A DNA stretch of 64,000 nucleotides from NCBI RefSeq assembly GCF_964355755.1, contig NC_092674.1, positions 3,782,001-3,846,000 on the forward strand, given 5' to 3'. The notes beneath the pieces were generated by a model that made no database searches, had not been told where the DNA came from, and saw only the letters and a program-made list of their open reading frames with translations. A program made the position numbers and the translations under genes. Positions within the stretch are counted from its first letter, which is position 1; every line of letters begins with the position of its first letter. Positions 49,239-63,575 of this stretch are shown in pieces. Source of the DNA: Antedon mediterranea. Taxonomy: Eukaryota > Animalia > Echinodermata.

Positions 49239-49426
49239 TAGTTCTATCTACTTAGGCCTAAACATCTTTAACATTTCTAAAATACAGTACTTGGTTCGCG
49301 CAGGTGGTCCATTAAATTTGGAACTAGCTCAGTGGGTTCCATCAAGCTTACCCACTAAGGACGTATCACAAGCAAGTTGACAAAACGACAAGCGACAGTT
49401 CGAATAGCCTACTCAATCCCTGATAA

Positions 49427-49872
49427 AGCTTGGTTCCCACTAGCACGCAACGTAAAGACGTAAACCGCAACGCAAGAGGATTGGCCAATCGAAAGCCAGG
49501 CTTATTCCAACTGTTGCTTACGTCGTCCCTGCGTTGCATCCTAGTAAAGCGTGGTTCCCAGTAGCGACGCAACACAAGGACGTAACGCAACGCAAGTGAA
49601 TTGACCAATCACAAGCGATGGCTTATTCGCTTGTGATTGCTAATAACTTCGCTTGTCATTGGTTAAAACGTTGCGTTTACGTCCTTGCGTTACGTTCTAG
49701 TGGGAACCAAGCTTAACTGTCTATAACTTCGCTTGTCATTGGTTAAAACGCTTGCGTTGCGTTTACGTCCTTGCGTTACGTTCTAGTGGGAACCAAGCTT
49801 AAGAACCAATATTTAGTCAAATCAAATCGTTGCGCTTACGTCTTGTGTTGCGTCTCTAGTGGGAACCAAGCT
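49427..49872. mobile_element. Nested and duplicated cluster of MITE-B copies
   Basis: Copy 49548-49713 sits in the right TIR of a copy starting at 49427; its last ~86 bp are duplicated (49714-49799); another TIR ends at 49872. Confidence 0.85.
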
Positions 49873-51598
49873 TAATGTAAAGTTAATTTCTGTTTAGGTT
49901 TAGGTTTTATTAAAATTAATGTGACAGTAGCCTATGGGTTGATGGAGATTCACAAAGAAATACCTGTCTCGTCGGGTTGATCTATAAAGGATATACAGGG
50001 TTTAATCTAATATTTCTCCGCCGAGCCATTTGATTATTTTATGTCTTTTAGGAAATGTGGCCAAGGATTACCAATAGTAAATTAATCACTGTCTTATCAG
50101 ATAGGCGGTAATCCCCTTGATGATACAGGGGCTATTTTGTGAACCAGTTCACCGGAGTAACCCCCTGATTCAATTCCCTTTGAAGGTTTGTAATGGCTGA
50201 AGGGTAAATTGTTTATAAAACAAAAAACACACTTAAATTAATAATATTAATAAGTACGTTTATGCGAACAAGAGTATTAAATATTATTACACTGGTGGTT
50301 GAAATTAAATATATGGGTGTCTTTTTCAATCACTCTGGTGTGTGTGTAAATTAACTTGGTCAAATTACTTGCGCTTACGCAATACCACAGTGAAATGGGT
50401 AGCGTGATATATACAGTAATATATATAAGTTGTGACACGGGTAGTGTGATAGGCCTATACTGTATAATAATTGTTTAATGGTTCGATACACACTTTGCAC
50501 AAACTGGAAGCCTTAGTTTTGGAATGTACATAAATTCAACTTTCCTTTACGCACACTATCAATCCAAATAGCCCGTGGCATGTCGACAACAAAACGTTAA
50601 TAGGAATCCATCTACCAGAACGTACCTTTCATTCGCTGGATTAAAGTACTTTTAATTTTGTACACAAAACGTGCGACAATATCGGAAATGGTTGCGGTGT
50701 TATATATTACCGTTTATCTTTTTTATTGTAATACATTGTGACAGTAATTTAAGTAGAAAACATCACAAAAAAACGTCAAAAACATGCTCTATTTGGGTTC
50801 TATCGACAATACGTTCTGAATTAAATATATGCTTTTGTCGTTTACAAAATATGATACTATGGCTTTTACTAGTCTTTATAAAAGATCTAGGTTAATTTAT
50901 CCAGTCAATTTCATGCAGGGCTTGTTTATGGCATTTATTAACATACCATAATACAATACAATACTCAATAACAATTCTTTATAAAATGTACATATTTGGT
51001 TTGTTTTCTTGTTTTTTATTTCATTTTCATAAAATATACTTTGAAAAAGCTTTACTATATTGAAACATCGAAATGTTATGCATTTAATGGTTGCGTCAGA
51101 GGGAGAGCACCTGACTATAACTTCACATACATCTTAACTTGTGTATTATAAGTGACAAATGAATGATATCTCAACACAAAATGGTGACATTACACCACAG
51201 AAATTAGTGATAAGTCATCCTAATTAAAAGCGCCTTGCACACCTTTGGTGGCGAAGTGCACTCTAGAAATCTGAATTATAATTACAGTATTATTATTATA
51301 AATAATGTCATTTATTAACCCCAAATATGTCACATGAACATAAAATTTATGATATTAACTAAAGAATATGATAATAATAATTTCAATAGCACATGTCATA
51401 AAACATTTGACAATAAAATGACATGACATGTGACAATAAAGGGCATTAATGATGCAAGTATCTATAACAGCGTGAGAGTAAGAGTCCTAGAGATATCATA
51501 CATTGATAATAATTAATGTTACAAATAAAATCAATACGATTTAATGTGTCTATATTATTGCAAACTAGTTATACTATTTCTAAAAGTTTAAGCATTCA

Positions 51599-54500
51599 TC
51601 ACCGTTGCCGTTTTACGGTTTTTAAAAGTCCATTGTCTTCTTGATATTGTTGGATCAACTCCGCTTGAACTGCCGGACGACATGGCTGGTACAGAAGGTA
51701 CTCCATTGAATATTCACCTTTGCCCTGGGTCAACGACCTCAGCTCTGACGCATACCCAAACATATCGTTCAAAGGAACCTAAATTAAAATATGCAAAACA
51801 AATTTGGAGAAATTAAACAAGATCCATGTCAAGATGCATACAACAATTTATGGTTGTAATGTGGCATTCACCTGTGAGGAATGTTCCATTTATACAAGGG
51901 GTGTAAATATTAGTTCTGGTGATTGGCATGTATCGTTTTATCCAGGTAAGTAACCACAATAAAACTAATATCTTTGTAGTATTAAACTGTATTTCGTCCA
52001 AGCTATATAATAACAATGTAAAACTTATATACAGTACCAACAGTGCTATAAAGAGTAATCAAGGTAAATTGCTGTCAGGAACAGTTCATTTAACTTTGAG
52101 GGGTGTTCTTTACATGGGCAGGGAATTATTAATGAGATATGGGTATATATCATGTCATCCAGGGCTACATTAAGTACCAAAAATACAAACTCACATTGCA
52201 CTCTAGTGTGAAGTAGCCTTCTCCACCCTCAGTTCCTGTAATCACACCTTGTCTCTTGTTGATACTTGCAATGACCGGGCCTTGGAACTCATCAGGTGCA
52301 TTCACTTCAACTGCCATGATAGGCTCCAACAGGTGACACTGGGCTTTGTTCATGGCTTCAAAAGAATACATAAAAGCTGTAAGTACTGAACAATGCTATT
52401 GGAAAGTTTTAATACAACACCGGAACCTAAATCCTTAAAATGTTTTACAACAATAAAAAGAGATTCAAAGGGCCGGGTTATTATATACGTTTCAAATGAC
52501 TGGGTTGATTTAACAACTTACCTTGTTTGAGAGCTCCAATAGCTGCTAACCTGAAAGCCAATTCACTAGAGTCTACTATGTGATGTTGACCATCTATGAC
52601 ACGAACTCTGACCCCAGTGATCTTTTGACCAATCAGGATACCATTCTCCATAGCCTCTTTAAAACCCTACAACATAGAGATAGAAAAGAAAGTATTAAAT
52701 TCAGCTATTTATTTTCTATTTTTAATATATCATAAGATTACAAAATATCAAATCAAAATCAAATCTTTATTTGTTCCATATATAAAAATGTGTACATGCA
52801 AAATTGTTATCCTCGACAGAAATATAGAAAAACAAACAAAACATTCACAATTAGATCATACATTTGATAAAATTACAATTAAAAAAAAAATTAATCAAAA
52901 CATACATTAATTCCATGTAAAAGTAGTTCTATGTTTTATTTAGGTTGAAATTATCTTCCGATTTAATATACTTAAAAAATATAAATTTTGACTACATATT
53001 GACTGTGCGCTATTTAATGGCATAATTGCCAAGAATTTAGACTGGTAATCCTTTAGATCAGAAAAAGGAGTAATTTTGTGAACAGGACAAACCTCATATG
53101 TACAACACATACATTGTCATGATTCACTACTTTGGTTTTTTAAATAACATTATAATTGTATAATTTAACAAACCTTCTCAATGCCTGGCATATACTGTTT
53201 TGGTACATTTGTTCCGACTGTCTCATCTGAAAACTCAATTTTAGTGTAGGAATCTGCTGGTAAAGGCTAAACAATAAAAAGAAAATACAGAAATATAGAT
53301 ACTAATGTAATATAAGCATCTTGTAAAGCTCTGTCTACGCTATCAAGCTAGTTTGACAAAACAAGTGGGATGTGCCCAAACATGGTATTGGTATGCCCAA
53401 ATATGGTAGTGACATGACATCATCATGTCCATATATGGGCACATCACATTATTTTGTCACATCAAGTTTGATAGTGTAGACAAGGCTTTAATAGTAATTT
53501 TCATTGCTTTTGGATATTCTGAAGAAAGATGAATTATTTACAGGGCACAGCATTAGTATGATCAATACAGCCTAGTAGAACACATTCTCTTTAACAATAA
53601 TTACCTCAATGACTCCTATGACCTTGCCAAATTGACCTGACCCTCCACTCTGCTTTTTATGAAGATAGTCAAATCTGTAAAATAAACATTTTAAACATAA
53701 TAAATTAACAATCTGTATCAGACATAGAATAAACAATAGGTCACTTACTAGACTATAGGTCACTTGATGGACCATACGTCACCTAATGGACCATAAACCA
53801 CCAGCTACACCATAGACAACTTGCTGGACCATAGGTCCCCTGCTGGACCATAGACCGCCTGCTAGACCATAGGTCACCTGATGGGACTATTGGTCAGCTA
53901 TAGACCATATGTCATCTGAGGGACTATTGGTCACCTATAGACCATAGGTCACCTGAGGGACTATTGGTCACCTACTGGACCATAAGTCACCTGAGGGACT
54001 ATTGGTCACCTACTGGACCATATGTCATCTGAGGGACTATTGGTCAGCTATAGACCATAGGTCACCTGATGGACTATTGGTAACCTATTGGACCATAGGT
54101 CATCTGAGGGACTATTGGTCACCTATAGACCATAGGTCACCTGAGGGACTATTGGTAACCTATTGGACCATAGGTCATCTGAGGGACTATTGGTAACCTA
54201 TTGGACCATATGTCATCTGAGGGACTATTGGTCAGCTACTGGAGCATACTGTAGGTCACCTACTGGACCAAAGGTCACCTGCTGCACCAAAGGTCACCTG
54301 CCACACCTATACTGGACAGAGACTTTTTAAAACTGTTGAATACCATACTTACTCAACCGGTTCAGTGATTGACTCTCTGAATGCCACTTTTGGTTTTCCT
54401 GTGATAACAGGGCAATTATACTCATTGTTCATTCTCTGCGCATACACTTCAAGGTGCAGCTCACCCATACCTGAGATGATAGTCTAAATATAAACAAAAC

Positions 54501-57500
54501 CACACAAACATCATCTTTAATAGATGTTTCTCTTGTGAAAATTTCTTGATAATATTAGCAAAAGAGGCTTGTTATCTGTAGGTCATGGGTTCAAGCTATT
54601 CCAAGAAATACATTTTTCTTGTTCTCAATCTACTGTGTATACAGTAAAATGATGCCCAACCAATTAACTTAGCTCCCTGATTCAAAGCTACACCACATAT
54701 TATCAATAGCAATAAACTCGTGTACAATCATAATAAGAAATTCCGATACATACATACCTCTTTGCTCTCATTGTCAAAAAAGACGGTGAACGTAGGATCT
54801 TCCCGCGTAAATCTGTTGATCCCTTTAGAAAAGTTGTCAAGATCTGACGTTTTAACGGGCTTGATAGCCAAAGAGATAACTGGATCAGGCACATGCATCG
54901 ATTCCTACAATAAGAAATTTGTAAACAACATTTTTGAAAGAACATTATTCTTAAACAATAATTTACCAAATCTTGCTCATCAAATACAGTATCTTAATTG
55001 ATATTAAAATTGAGGTCAGAGGTCAAAGTTGAGTAAAAGTATAAGACAAACCTGACTGTGTTTACATTCCCTCATCCTTTGGATGGGACATTAAGCTGTT
55101 ATTCCAATATACAAATTAACATATGTACAATGACTATGATATAACCTATATTTTACCATTGATAATTCCATCTTGGGTTTGTTGACAAAAGTATCGCCGC
55201 TTGCACAATCAACACCAAATAAGGCAAAAATGTCACCAGCATAAACCTCACTGATATCCTAAAAGATAAATTTCAATATTAAGTGACCTATATCAAAAAG
55301 AAAAACAAAATTCTTTCCACAACCAGAGGCCTTTGGCATCTGCGTTACACCACTGTCCACAACTAGGTTCCTTAGGCCACTGTGTTATGCCACTGTCTAT
55401 AACACACGGTATGTACCTGCATTTTGTCTGCATGCATTTTGACTAAGCGGGAAATTTTAGTTCTCTTCTTTGTTCTGGTATTGTAGATATATTGACCTTT
55501 TGTAAGACCACCTTGATAACATCTCATGTATGTTAACTGTCCAAATCGACCAGCCTAGAAAGAGATATATAAAGTATTTGAAAACAGTTCAATGATACCG
55601 AAAGTGGACTTAACTGCATTTAACTATACTGTGAAACTTAGTAAGTTTGAGTCGTTACCTCCAACTTGAATGCCAGACTAACAAAATCATTCTCCAAAGT
55701 TCTTTCCGGTGATAACTGAAACTTCTTTTCATCCCTACAGAGGTGAATATAAATTGTCAAGAATGACTAGGAATTACATCTTGAAATAATAAACATGGTT
55801 TCAAAGTTTCTAATTATAACAGCGCATCATCATAGATTAACATAAGAAAGTAGTATCTAGAAACCACAAAGGACAGATGTTAGTACTCACACGTCAAGTG
55901 CATAGTTCTCCACTTCAGCTGGCGTTGGTAAATACTCTGCAACTGCATCAAGTAAAGTTTGGACTCCTTTGTTCTTCAGAGCTGTTCCCATTAATACGGG
56001 CGTAAATTGTCTTTTTACCGTACATCTCCTTATTGCTTCCTATGTAAAACAATGAAATAAAAAATACAAAATAATAAATTGCAACTACTACTATAATAGC
56101 AATGTAATATACAGTAAAACGCCTCCTTTGAGACGAACAAGTGAAAATATATTATCTTTTAAAGCTCAGGTACAGGCATGAATTTTAAATATAATATTTG
56201 GTTAATTGTACATAAATCTAATAATTGTAACAGAAATCAAGATGACAAAACATTAATTTCCCTTAATATGGTCAAATACAAAATTTGGCAAAATTCTTCC
56301 ATAAAAACCAGGAAGACTTTTTTTCAGTAGTTAGGTAGTTAACCTAATGTAATAACATGTCTGGTGACTCCCTAGACGGTGAAAAAGATGGTGGATATAC
56401 GGTGGATAATTTTTGCTATAGCATGAAAATAAAAATCTGAAGTTGAATAAAAATATCAGAAATGTAATATTCAAGTTATATTACCTATATTCAGTCATCT
56501 GATAACTTTTTTTTTACCACACCGTTTATTTTTCATAGCTTTTTAAAATGCCTCTCTATTTACAAAATTTGTGTATAAAGAATAGAGATTTTACTGTGTA
56601 ATTTGAACTATCCCCCACTGATAAGAAAGTGCTTAATTTGAACAAGCTCGTGTAACACAAATAAAATCCCAAAAAATTATGAAACATACGGGAAACTATA
56701 GATCGATAATTTTTGGAATGTATGATCAATAGAAATTTTTTGCCCGCACCTGGCCTTTAAAGCTCTGTCTACACTATCAAACTAGTTTGACAAAAAATGT
56801 GATGTGCCCAAATATGATAGTGATATTTCAAAATATGGTAGTGATATGACATCATCATTTCCATATATGGGCAAATCACATAAAGTTCAATATTGTAGTC
56901 ACAGCTTAAGATATACCTTTATTTGTTGGTCACTTGGTTCAACTTCTGACAGAAACATTTCTCCTAATTGATCATCAACATTTGATAAAGCCTCTGCAAA
57001 AAAATAAAATATGCAGATACAGAATCCTCATATTGACATAAATTGAGGAAATCAAAATAAAATAGGTGATTGTGATTCTTGAGCTCAGTCTACCATCAAA
57101 CTTTATGTGACAAAAACATATGATGTGCCCATATATGGACATGATGATGTCATATCACTACCGTATTTGGTCATATCACCACCATATTTAGGTACATCAC
57201 ACTTTTTTTGTCAAGCTAGTTTGATAGTGTAGACAGAGCTTTCTATATTTCTATGAAAACAACTATACAAGTATTTCTTACCTATAAGAGATTGCCTTTT
57301 TTCCTCAACTTCTTCTAATAATTCTGTTGGTACTTCACCAAATGTTACAGTTTGCCTATATTTAAATAATTGCAAACAAATTCAAGTAAAAGAAAAGAAC
57401 AACTTCCTAAACTTTAAACGCATCTCTACATCATCTATTTACTATCAAACTTTATGTAACAAAAAATGTGCCCATATATGGACATGATGTCATATCACAA

Positions 57501-60500
57501 CCATATTTGAGCACATCACCTTTTTTTTTGTCAAACTAGTTTGATAGTGTTGACATAGGTTTACAATAAAAAAAAATGCAAAGACTCTTACCCAAATTCA
57601 TCTGTGTAATATATAGCTTTTCTGTCTATGATGTCAACAACACCCTGTGCATTGCTCTCTAGTCCAATGGGAATTTGTATAAAAGCTGCGTTGTGGTTCA
57701 ATTTGGCTTTCAATTGTGATAACACTCGTGATGGATTTGAATTTAGCCTAAAATAATATTATACAATATGACATTCATTATTTTCATATTTGCTTAGATT
57801 CAGTTCCCAACCTTAGGGCTGTGTTCACATTAAACCTGTATTCTGGTCTGGTGGCTGGATAAAAAAAAATTGGTAAAGTGTTAATGAATAAAAGCATTCA
57901 CAATACCTCATACTGTATCCCATACAAGTGTGACCGAAAAACGTAACACAGAGAATACTTGGTCACCTGACCTAATCCGGGTTCAGTGTGAATGTGGCCT
58001 AAACTTTTCTGCTCAAACCTTGTTTAAATAATGAATGTTTCATGAAGTGAAGTTTTAATTGAAGGGAGATCTAAACTATGATACTACATATATATCAAAG
58101 AACTTATAACACAAGAATCTCCTGTTCGTCCGAAGTTTGAAGTCTGTGTTTTGAATGCAAATTGAAGAACAGGAGATTCTTGTGTTATAAGTTCTTTGAT
58201 ATATATGTACCTGTCTAATTTATTGATAAATGCTAAACATGGAACTCTGTAACGTTTCATTTGTCGATTAACGGTTAATGTTTGACTCTGGACACCTCCG
58301 ACAGCACACAGCACAAGAACAGCGCCATCAAGCACACGCAGTGCACGTTCAACCTCCACAGTAAAGTCAACATGCCCTAAAATGAACCATTAAAAATCAA
58401 CATTTATATATTTTGTGGGCAGAATTATATTAATAATCATTATATTATACAATATATTATGAATAAATTATAAAGCTCTGTCTACACTATCAAACTTTGT
58501 AAAAAAAAATGTGATGTGCCCATATATGGACACGATGATGTCATATCAATACCATATTTGGGCACAACACACTTTTTTTGATAGTGTAGACAGAGCTTAT
58601 GAAACAACAGAGGCAAATCCTGTAAAGTTTTCCAATTGAAACTTCTGTTGGGAAACCCATATATATAATATTATTGTATTTAGTGTATATTAACCATGAA
58701 CAGGCCATACTGGCTATAATTTTGAAATATAGCTCTAGGCAAGTGTCAACCTCAAAATATATACTATACTACAATCAGCCAATACACATAGTACTATACT
58801 GTATACTATAGTACAGCACTACTACTATAATTGATATAATCTACTGTAGTGCGCATCTCAACACAATCAATACACACATACATCACTGTAACCACTTGTT
58901 AAGCATTGTATGTTCAATTTACATAATTTCATTTCACACTCCAGTGTGTCTATTGTATTTCTTCATTTACCTGGGGTGTCAATAATGTTAATATTGCTAC
59001 CCTTCCATTCAGTATACGTGGCTGCTGATTGGATGGTGATACCTCTTTGTCGTTCCAGCTCCATTGAATCCATTGTAGCACCGACATTGTCCTTTCCTCG
59101 AACCTAAAATGATAAGGGATCATATTCAAACTTATTCTACTGTAGTTACTGCAGTAACTAAATTTTTTACTGTAATAATAAACATAAGAGTTTAGTTTGA
59201 TTTTATGAGTCAGTCATTATAAAGTATTAAACAGTGTGTTTGGTTAATCTATAAATAATTGCAGAAACAGGTTAAAAGGTAAACAAAATGTAGAATAATT
59301 TTGACATGGTCCCTAAAGCCCTGTCTACACTATCAAACTAGTTTGTCAAAAAAAGGGTTGTGGTGTTCCCAAATATGGTAATGATATACCTAAATATGGT
59401 AGTGATATGACATATTACATTTTTTTGTCACATAAAGTTTGATAGCTGGGGTAGCACTAACATTTCATTTTGTTTTAGCCATTTGGCGAAAGTCAAAATA
59501 TTTTTTTTAGTCAAATCAGTTTATTTATAGCCAAAATTGGCTAAAGTCAAAATTGTCATCGAAGATACTATAATGTTTTTGTTTAATCTGAAAAGTACAC
59601 CCCTATCGAAAAATAGACAATCCCGGTAATTAGCCGACCGTCGGCTACGTAGTAGTCGCTTGTGCAGCGCACAACATGTGATAGTTTGGGTAGACTTCAT
59701 CATCCATGTGTCGTGTAACGTCTGTCTCTCTGTGCAGTCTACCTCTGCTATCTCCATCTTTTTGAAATAACAAAGAGACGCCTGGTACAACGAAACAAGT
59801 TGATGAAAAATGGAGCTTGAAGTAAACAATGTGATAACGAACAAAATAAATGCTTGGTGATCGACAAATGGACCTTTTAGTTGGACTTTATGCTTTCGCC
59901 AAAATGATTATTTAATTATCTATTTTATCATGTCATCGCCAAAATGGCTAAAGTAGCCGTTTTATTTTTCGCCAATCTGGAAACGTTTTCGCCCATGGCG
60001 ACTTGGCGATCGGCCAGTGCGAGCCCAGGATAGTGTAGACAGAGCTTAAAATCTGGGATTACCAACCATCTTCTAATCATAACTATCAACTTCTTTTTTA
60101 GTAGTTTGTGCTTTTTCAATTTTCACATACCTCATGCATTTGTTTAATTCTGCCAGTGTAAAATAAAATTCTTTCCGTCAGTGTCGTCTTCCCGGAATCA
60201 ATATGCGCCGATATCCCAATGTTTCTAATTTTTGATAACTCATCCTAAAATAAAAACATACATTTACATCAAACATTTATGTTTATTTTTCTGTTTTATT
60301 CCTTTTATTAATTTTCATTCATTCATTCATTATCCAAAGTCTTGGAGGACCTGTCTAATATAGTTGCTGTGATCACTTAACCTGATGTTTTTTATGATCT
60401 ACTACACTTTTAAAGACTTTCGTGTGTATGTTGTCGGACTCACTCACCTCATGAGAACTGTACCCATTTCTGCTACTGGTAGCAAAATGGCAGCTTGTCA

Positions 60501-61134
60501 ATTTTACAAACTGAAAAAGATTGACAATTATTGTGACAATATTCTATTTAAAATGAATGCAGTTCATAAAAGATAAAAAAGTGTACATAATTTCGTAGGC
60601 CTAGTAGTTATTATTTAATAGCCTAAATAATACTAATTAATTAATGTAGGCATAGACCGAAATTTTCAGGTAAATAAGTTAGTTTTTGATCCAGTTTTTG
60701 GTCAAAGTAAATAACTATTATGTGACATTAAAATAGCATATTCATCAAAAAATTATAATTTTTTTTTAGGGAATTTTATTAATTAATAATAAATAATAAT
60801 ATATAAATATTTTTCTTTTTTATCTATTAATATTAAGGATACGACAGTATTTACTATATATTAGGCTAGGTAAAGTTCCACCTCACCAAAGTGAAGGAAT
60901 ACGCAGGACCTATGAAACTCAAGGCCAGAATCTAGCTAGGCCTAGGCCTAACAAAATTGTGCTCGAGTGACGAACATGAGTGCTCTTTCTTCGGTGAGTC
61001 TGTGACTTGTGTTGCGTTTTTGCGTTTATACAGGGAGGCTTACTTACTTGCCTAGGACGAGTGTCACAAATGGACTTTAAATACGACCATTTCGTGTTTG
61101 AAGTATAACCTCGAAATTGGATAAATTTTAACAT
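51599..61134 (-). CDS. GFM1: Mitochondrial elongation factor G1 (~753 aa)
   Basis: 19 exons: 61134-61048, 60510-60448, 60244-60131, 59103-58971, 58376-58211, 57747-57592, 57355-57282, 56993-56917, 56039-55891, 55734-55659, 55554-55417, 55258-55157, 54904-54758, 54483-54353, 53674-53605, 53266-53174, 52666-52522, 52355-52195, 51778-51599. Basic transit-like N-terminus; [78 protein letters not shown]. Confidence 0.97.
53735..54302. repeat. ~39-bp minisatellite built of 19-20-bp subunits (GGACTATTGGTCACCTA / GACCATAGGTCACCTGA)
   Basis: More than 10 tandem units in a GFM1 intron, with degenerate monomer flanks. Confidence 0.93.
56163..56756. mobile_element. Kolobok-like non-autonomous element
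   Basis: TTAA|AGCTCAGGTACAGGC ... GCCCGCACCTGGCCT|TTAA; a MITE-A begins immediately after the right TTAA. Confidence 0.65.
57816..57999. mobile_element. Harbinger-like MITE
   Basis: TTA|GGGCTGTGTTCACATTAAACC ... GGTTCAGTGTGAATGTGGCC|TAA. Confidence 0.6.
59446..60028. mobile_element. 583-bp non-autonomous hAT-like element with 5-bp TSD nested in a MITE-A TIR
   Basis: GATAG|CTGGGGTAGCACT ... AGTGCGAGCCCAG|GATAG; excision restores AAGTTTGATAGTGTAGACAGAGCT. Subterminal TCGCCA/TGGCGA/TAGCCA repeats. Confidence 0.82.
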
Positions 61135-61139
61135 GGTGT

Positions 61140-61650
61140 TGGCATCAAACAGGCCCAAATATATTATTTGAAATTATCTAATAATTAAAAATATAATTCG
61201 ACACGACCTCCATGCTCTTTTTTTCAAATAATATGATATGCATGAATGCACAGACTTTTGACATGCGGTCATGAGAGAAAAACGTTGCAGATCTTGATTG
61301 GACATCGTCAATAATGCGTTTTTGGAAGATTAAACGCGTTTCAATAAGATTATTTGAATTCACCTAGTTATAATTTAGATTATATACTAGCTTGTTAGGC
61401 CAAAACTATTAATAAATAATGTATTTTAAAGGTTTGACATTGAAAAAAAATGTACCAAAACGTACAGCGTTAACCATTTTATTTAAAACGCGTTAAAATC
61501 CAACACGAACCTTTCTGCGCCCATGTGTGTCCCACACACAAAAACAAAGCCGAAGTACCGGACCGGACGGTTTTTGCCACGCGACCTTCTCATTTATTCC
61601 AATTAAATAATTAATGTATTTAATAACATCAACACCTTTTGTGTTGTGTA
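61140..61650. promoter_or_regulatory. Putative bidirectional GFM1/UGGT promoter and UGGT non-coding first exon
   Basis: Divergent ATGs at 61134 (-) and 62187 (+); locally CpG-richer; donor GTAAGT at 61648 and acceptor at 62173. Confidence 0.55.
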
Positions 61651-62186
61651 AGTACAGAACATTCATGCAAACGATAGCTAGGGCTGCTACACGTAACATT
61701 AAACTACTACATATTTAGTAGCCAAGCCTAGCTAGAAGCTAGGCCTAATGTGTCTAAATAATGAGTGTACCGTACCGGGCCAGCTCATTTTTCTGGCTTG
61801 ATAAATATACACACGACCGGGTCCGTGTGGGGTGGTGGCAGTGGAACTGGCAGAAGTAGGCTTTAGCCTAGCTATCCTATTCAGAGTGTTCATTTAAATA
61901 TATATATATACATTTAATTACAAATGATAATTATTATTGCAATAAATATTTTTTTAGAGGAAATTAAAAATATTTACTGTTGCGAGTTTGGTATAATCGC
62001 ACTCTCCTCATGGATGTGGGATAATACCCGGGCATTTTCCCGTGCATAAACCGAAAATGACGATACAGTAAGTTGGGGATGGGATTATTTATACCCGAGG
62101 TGGGACTGTACCCACAAGGAAATATGGTAATTATAGACAGTGTTATGATTTATTACAATTATTTTTTTTTTAGAAATTGTGTTTCG

Positions 62187-63110
62187 ATGGAGTTAACAAT
62201 CTTATGTGCAGTTATTAGTTCATTATTACTGACAACCAGCAGGGCTGTACCTCGTCGACCAATCACAACAAGTCTTGATGCCAAGTGGCCAGCTACACCT
62301 ATCTTGTCCGAGTCTAGTGAATATATAGCAAGCCATAAAAATGATGCATTCTGGGAATTCTTTGAAAGTATTGTTGGTATATCACAATCCGACGTTGGAG
62401 AGGGTAAAATAACTGTCTTACAATTTGGTTTGATAAATTTATAATATTTCATATACTTTTCATATCAATATACACAATAAAAAAAACTAAGGAGTTGACT
62501 CTACTAGAAGATTTTCTCAATTATGATAAATTGTAAAAAATAAAGTTGTGTATCGTCATATATAACAATTATTATTATTTGTATTAATCAACCACTTTGT
62601 TTAAAGAACACTTTTCATGATTATAACTAGTGCAAAATGTTTTAACTATATTTTTTCTTATAATTGCAGAAAGTGATGAGATGTACTATGAGCTTTCCTT
62701 GAAGTTTGCTAGCCGAGTAGGACTAACAGAGTCTGACTTAGCTCTCCTCAAACTCAGCCTCTCACTCCATTCCTTCTCACCAAAGATTGCACTACATAAC
62801 CAAGTTTGTAACTTATTGAACTTTTTAGAGCTTTAACCTACCTTTACACTGAGCCTAGATTCCGGATAATCTTTGCATTATACCTACTGTAGGACCTGTA
62901 AATTAGCACCTTATTAGCATAATGCCTGCCACCTCAGCTGAATTTTTTCTTTTTCTATGAACACTTCTTAACAAAAAATCACTTTATGCTGTGTATGCTA
63001 ATAGACGAGTGAGCGGACGAGCGGTTAAGAAAGTGGAACCGTAATTACATCAGCCATAACATTAACGAGGGTTCGAGCCTCATTTGCTCTATGGTTCTGG
63101 TGGTAGAACG

Positions 63111-63142
<32 letters not shown>

Positions 63143-63575
63143 TCCAGTGTATACATCTAGCTCATGTGCACTTTAAAGAACCTAGTATACCTTTTGAGAA
63201 GAGTAGGTTGTTACCCCGGTGTACAAGTACATCACAGCCACTGATCATAACTTTGGCCCCTGGGAGACCAGTCTTTGACTGAAGAGGTCGCACAGTATAA
63301 ATAAATAATAACAAACAAATATCAAAAATTTAATATAAAATGTTTGCTTCCTTCGACCAATAAGTACCCCCCCCCCCCCCCCAATAGATTGTGAGTGCCT
63401 GGCAGGTTGTTCGTTCATATAAATACATATTTTTATTAACTCTGTTTAATATCATTTCTTAGATGGCAGCAGAAGTTGTAGGTGATTTGAACTGTTCTAT
63501 ATTTGTAGAAGTTCATGGCAAAGTCACATGTGCTCTAAATGATGTTGAATCACTAATTAATACTGCTGATCAAAG
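62187..63575 (+). CDS. UGGT1: UDP-glucose:glycoprotein glucosyltransferase; 5' part, continues off the right edge
   Basis: Exons 62187-62403, 62670-62803, 63463-63575. Signal peptide, then ITTSLDAKWPATPILSESSEYIA..FWEF, LLKLSLSLHSFSPKI, C..FVEVHGKVTC, matching the UGGT N-terminal thioredoxin-like region. Assignment to UGGT1 versus UGGT2 is not resolved. Confidence 0.9.
63003..63320 (+). mobile_element. tRNA-derived SINE with a Meta-like core
   Basis: A-box-like GAGCGGTTAAG and B-box GGTTCGAGCC; core GGATAAGGACTTTAAACCGTAGGTCC...GCACTTTAAAGAACC...GAAGAGTAGG; (TAAA/CAAA) tail. Confidence 0.8.

Noticed and set aside
63003-63090. tRNA gene
   Set aside because: A/B boxes are present but there is no cloverleaf, and the sequence continues into a SINE core and tail.
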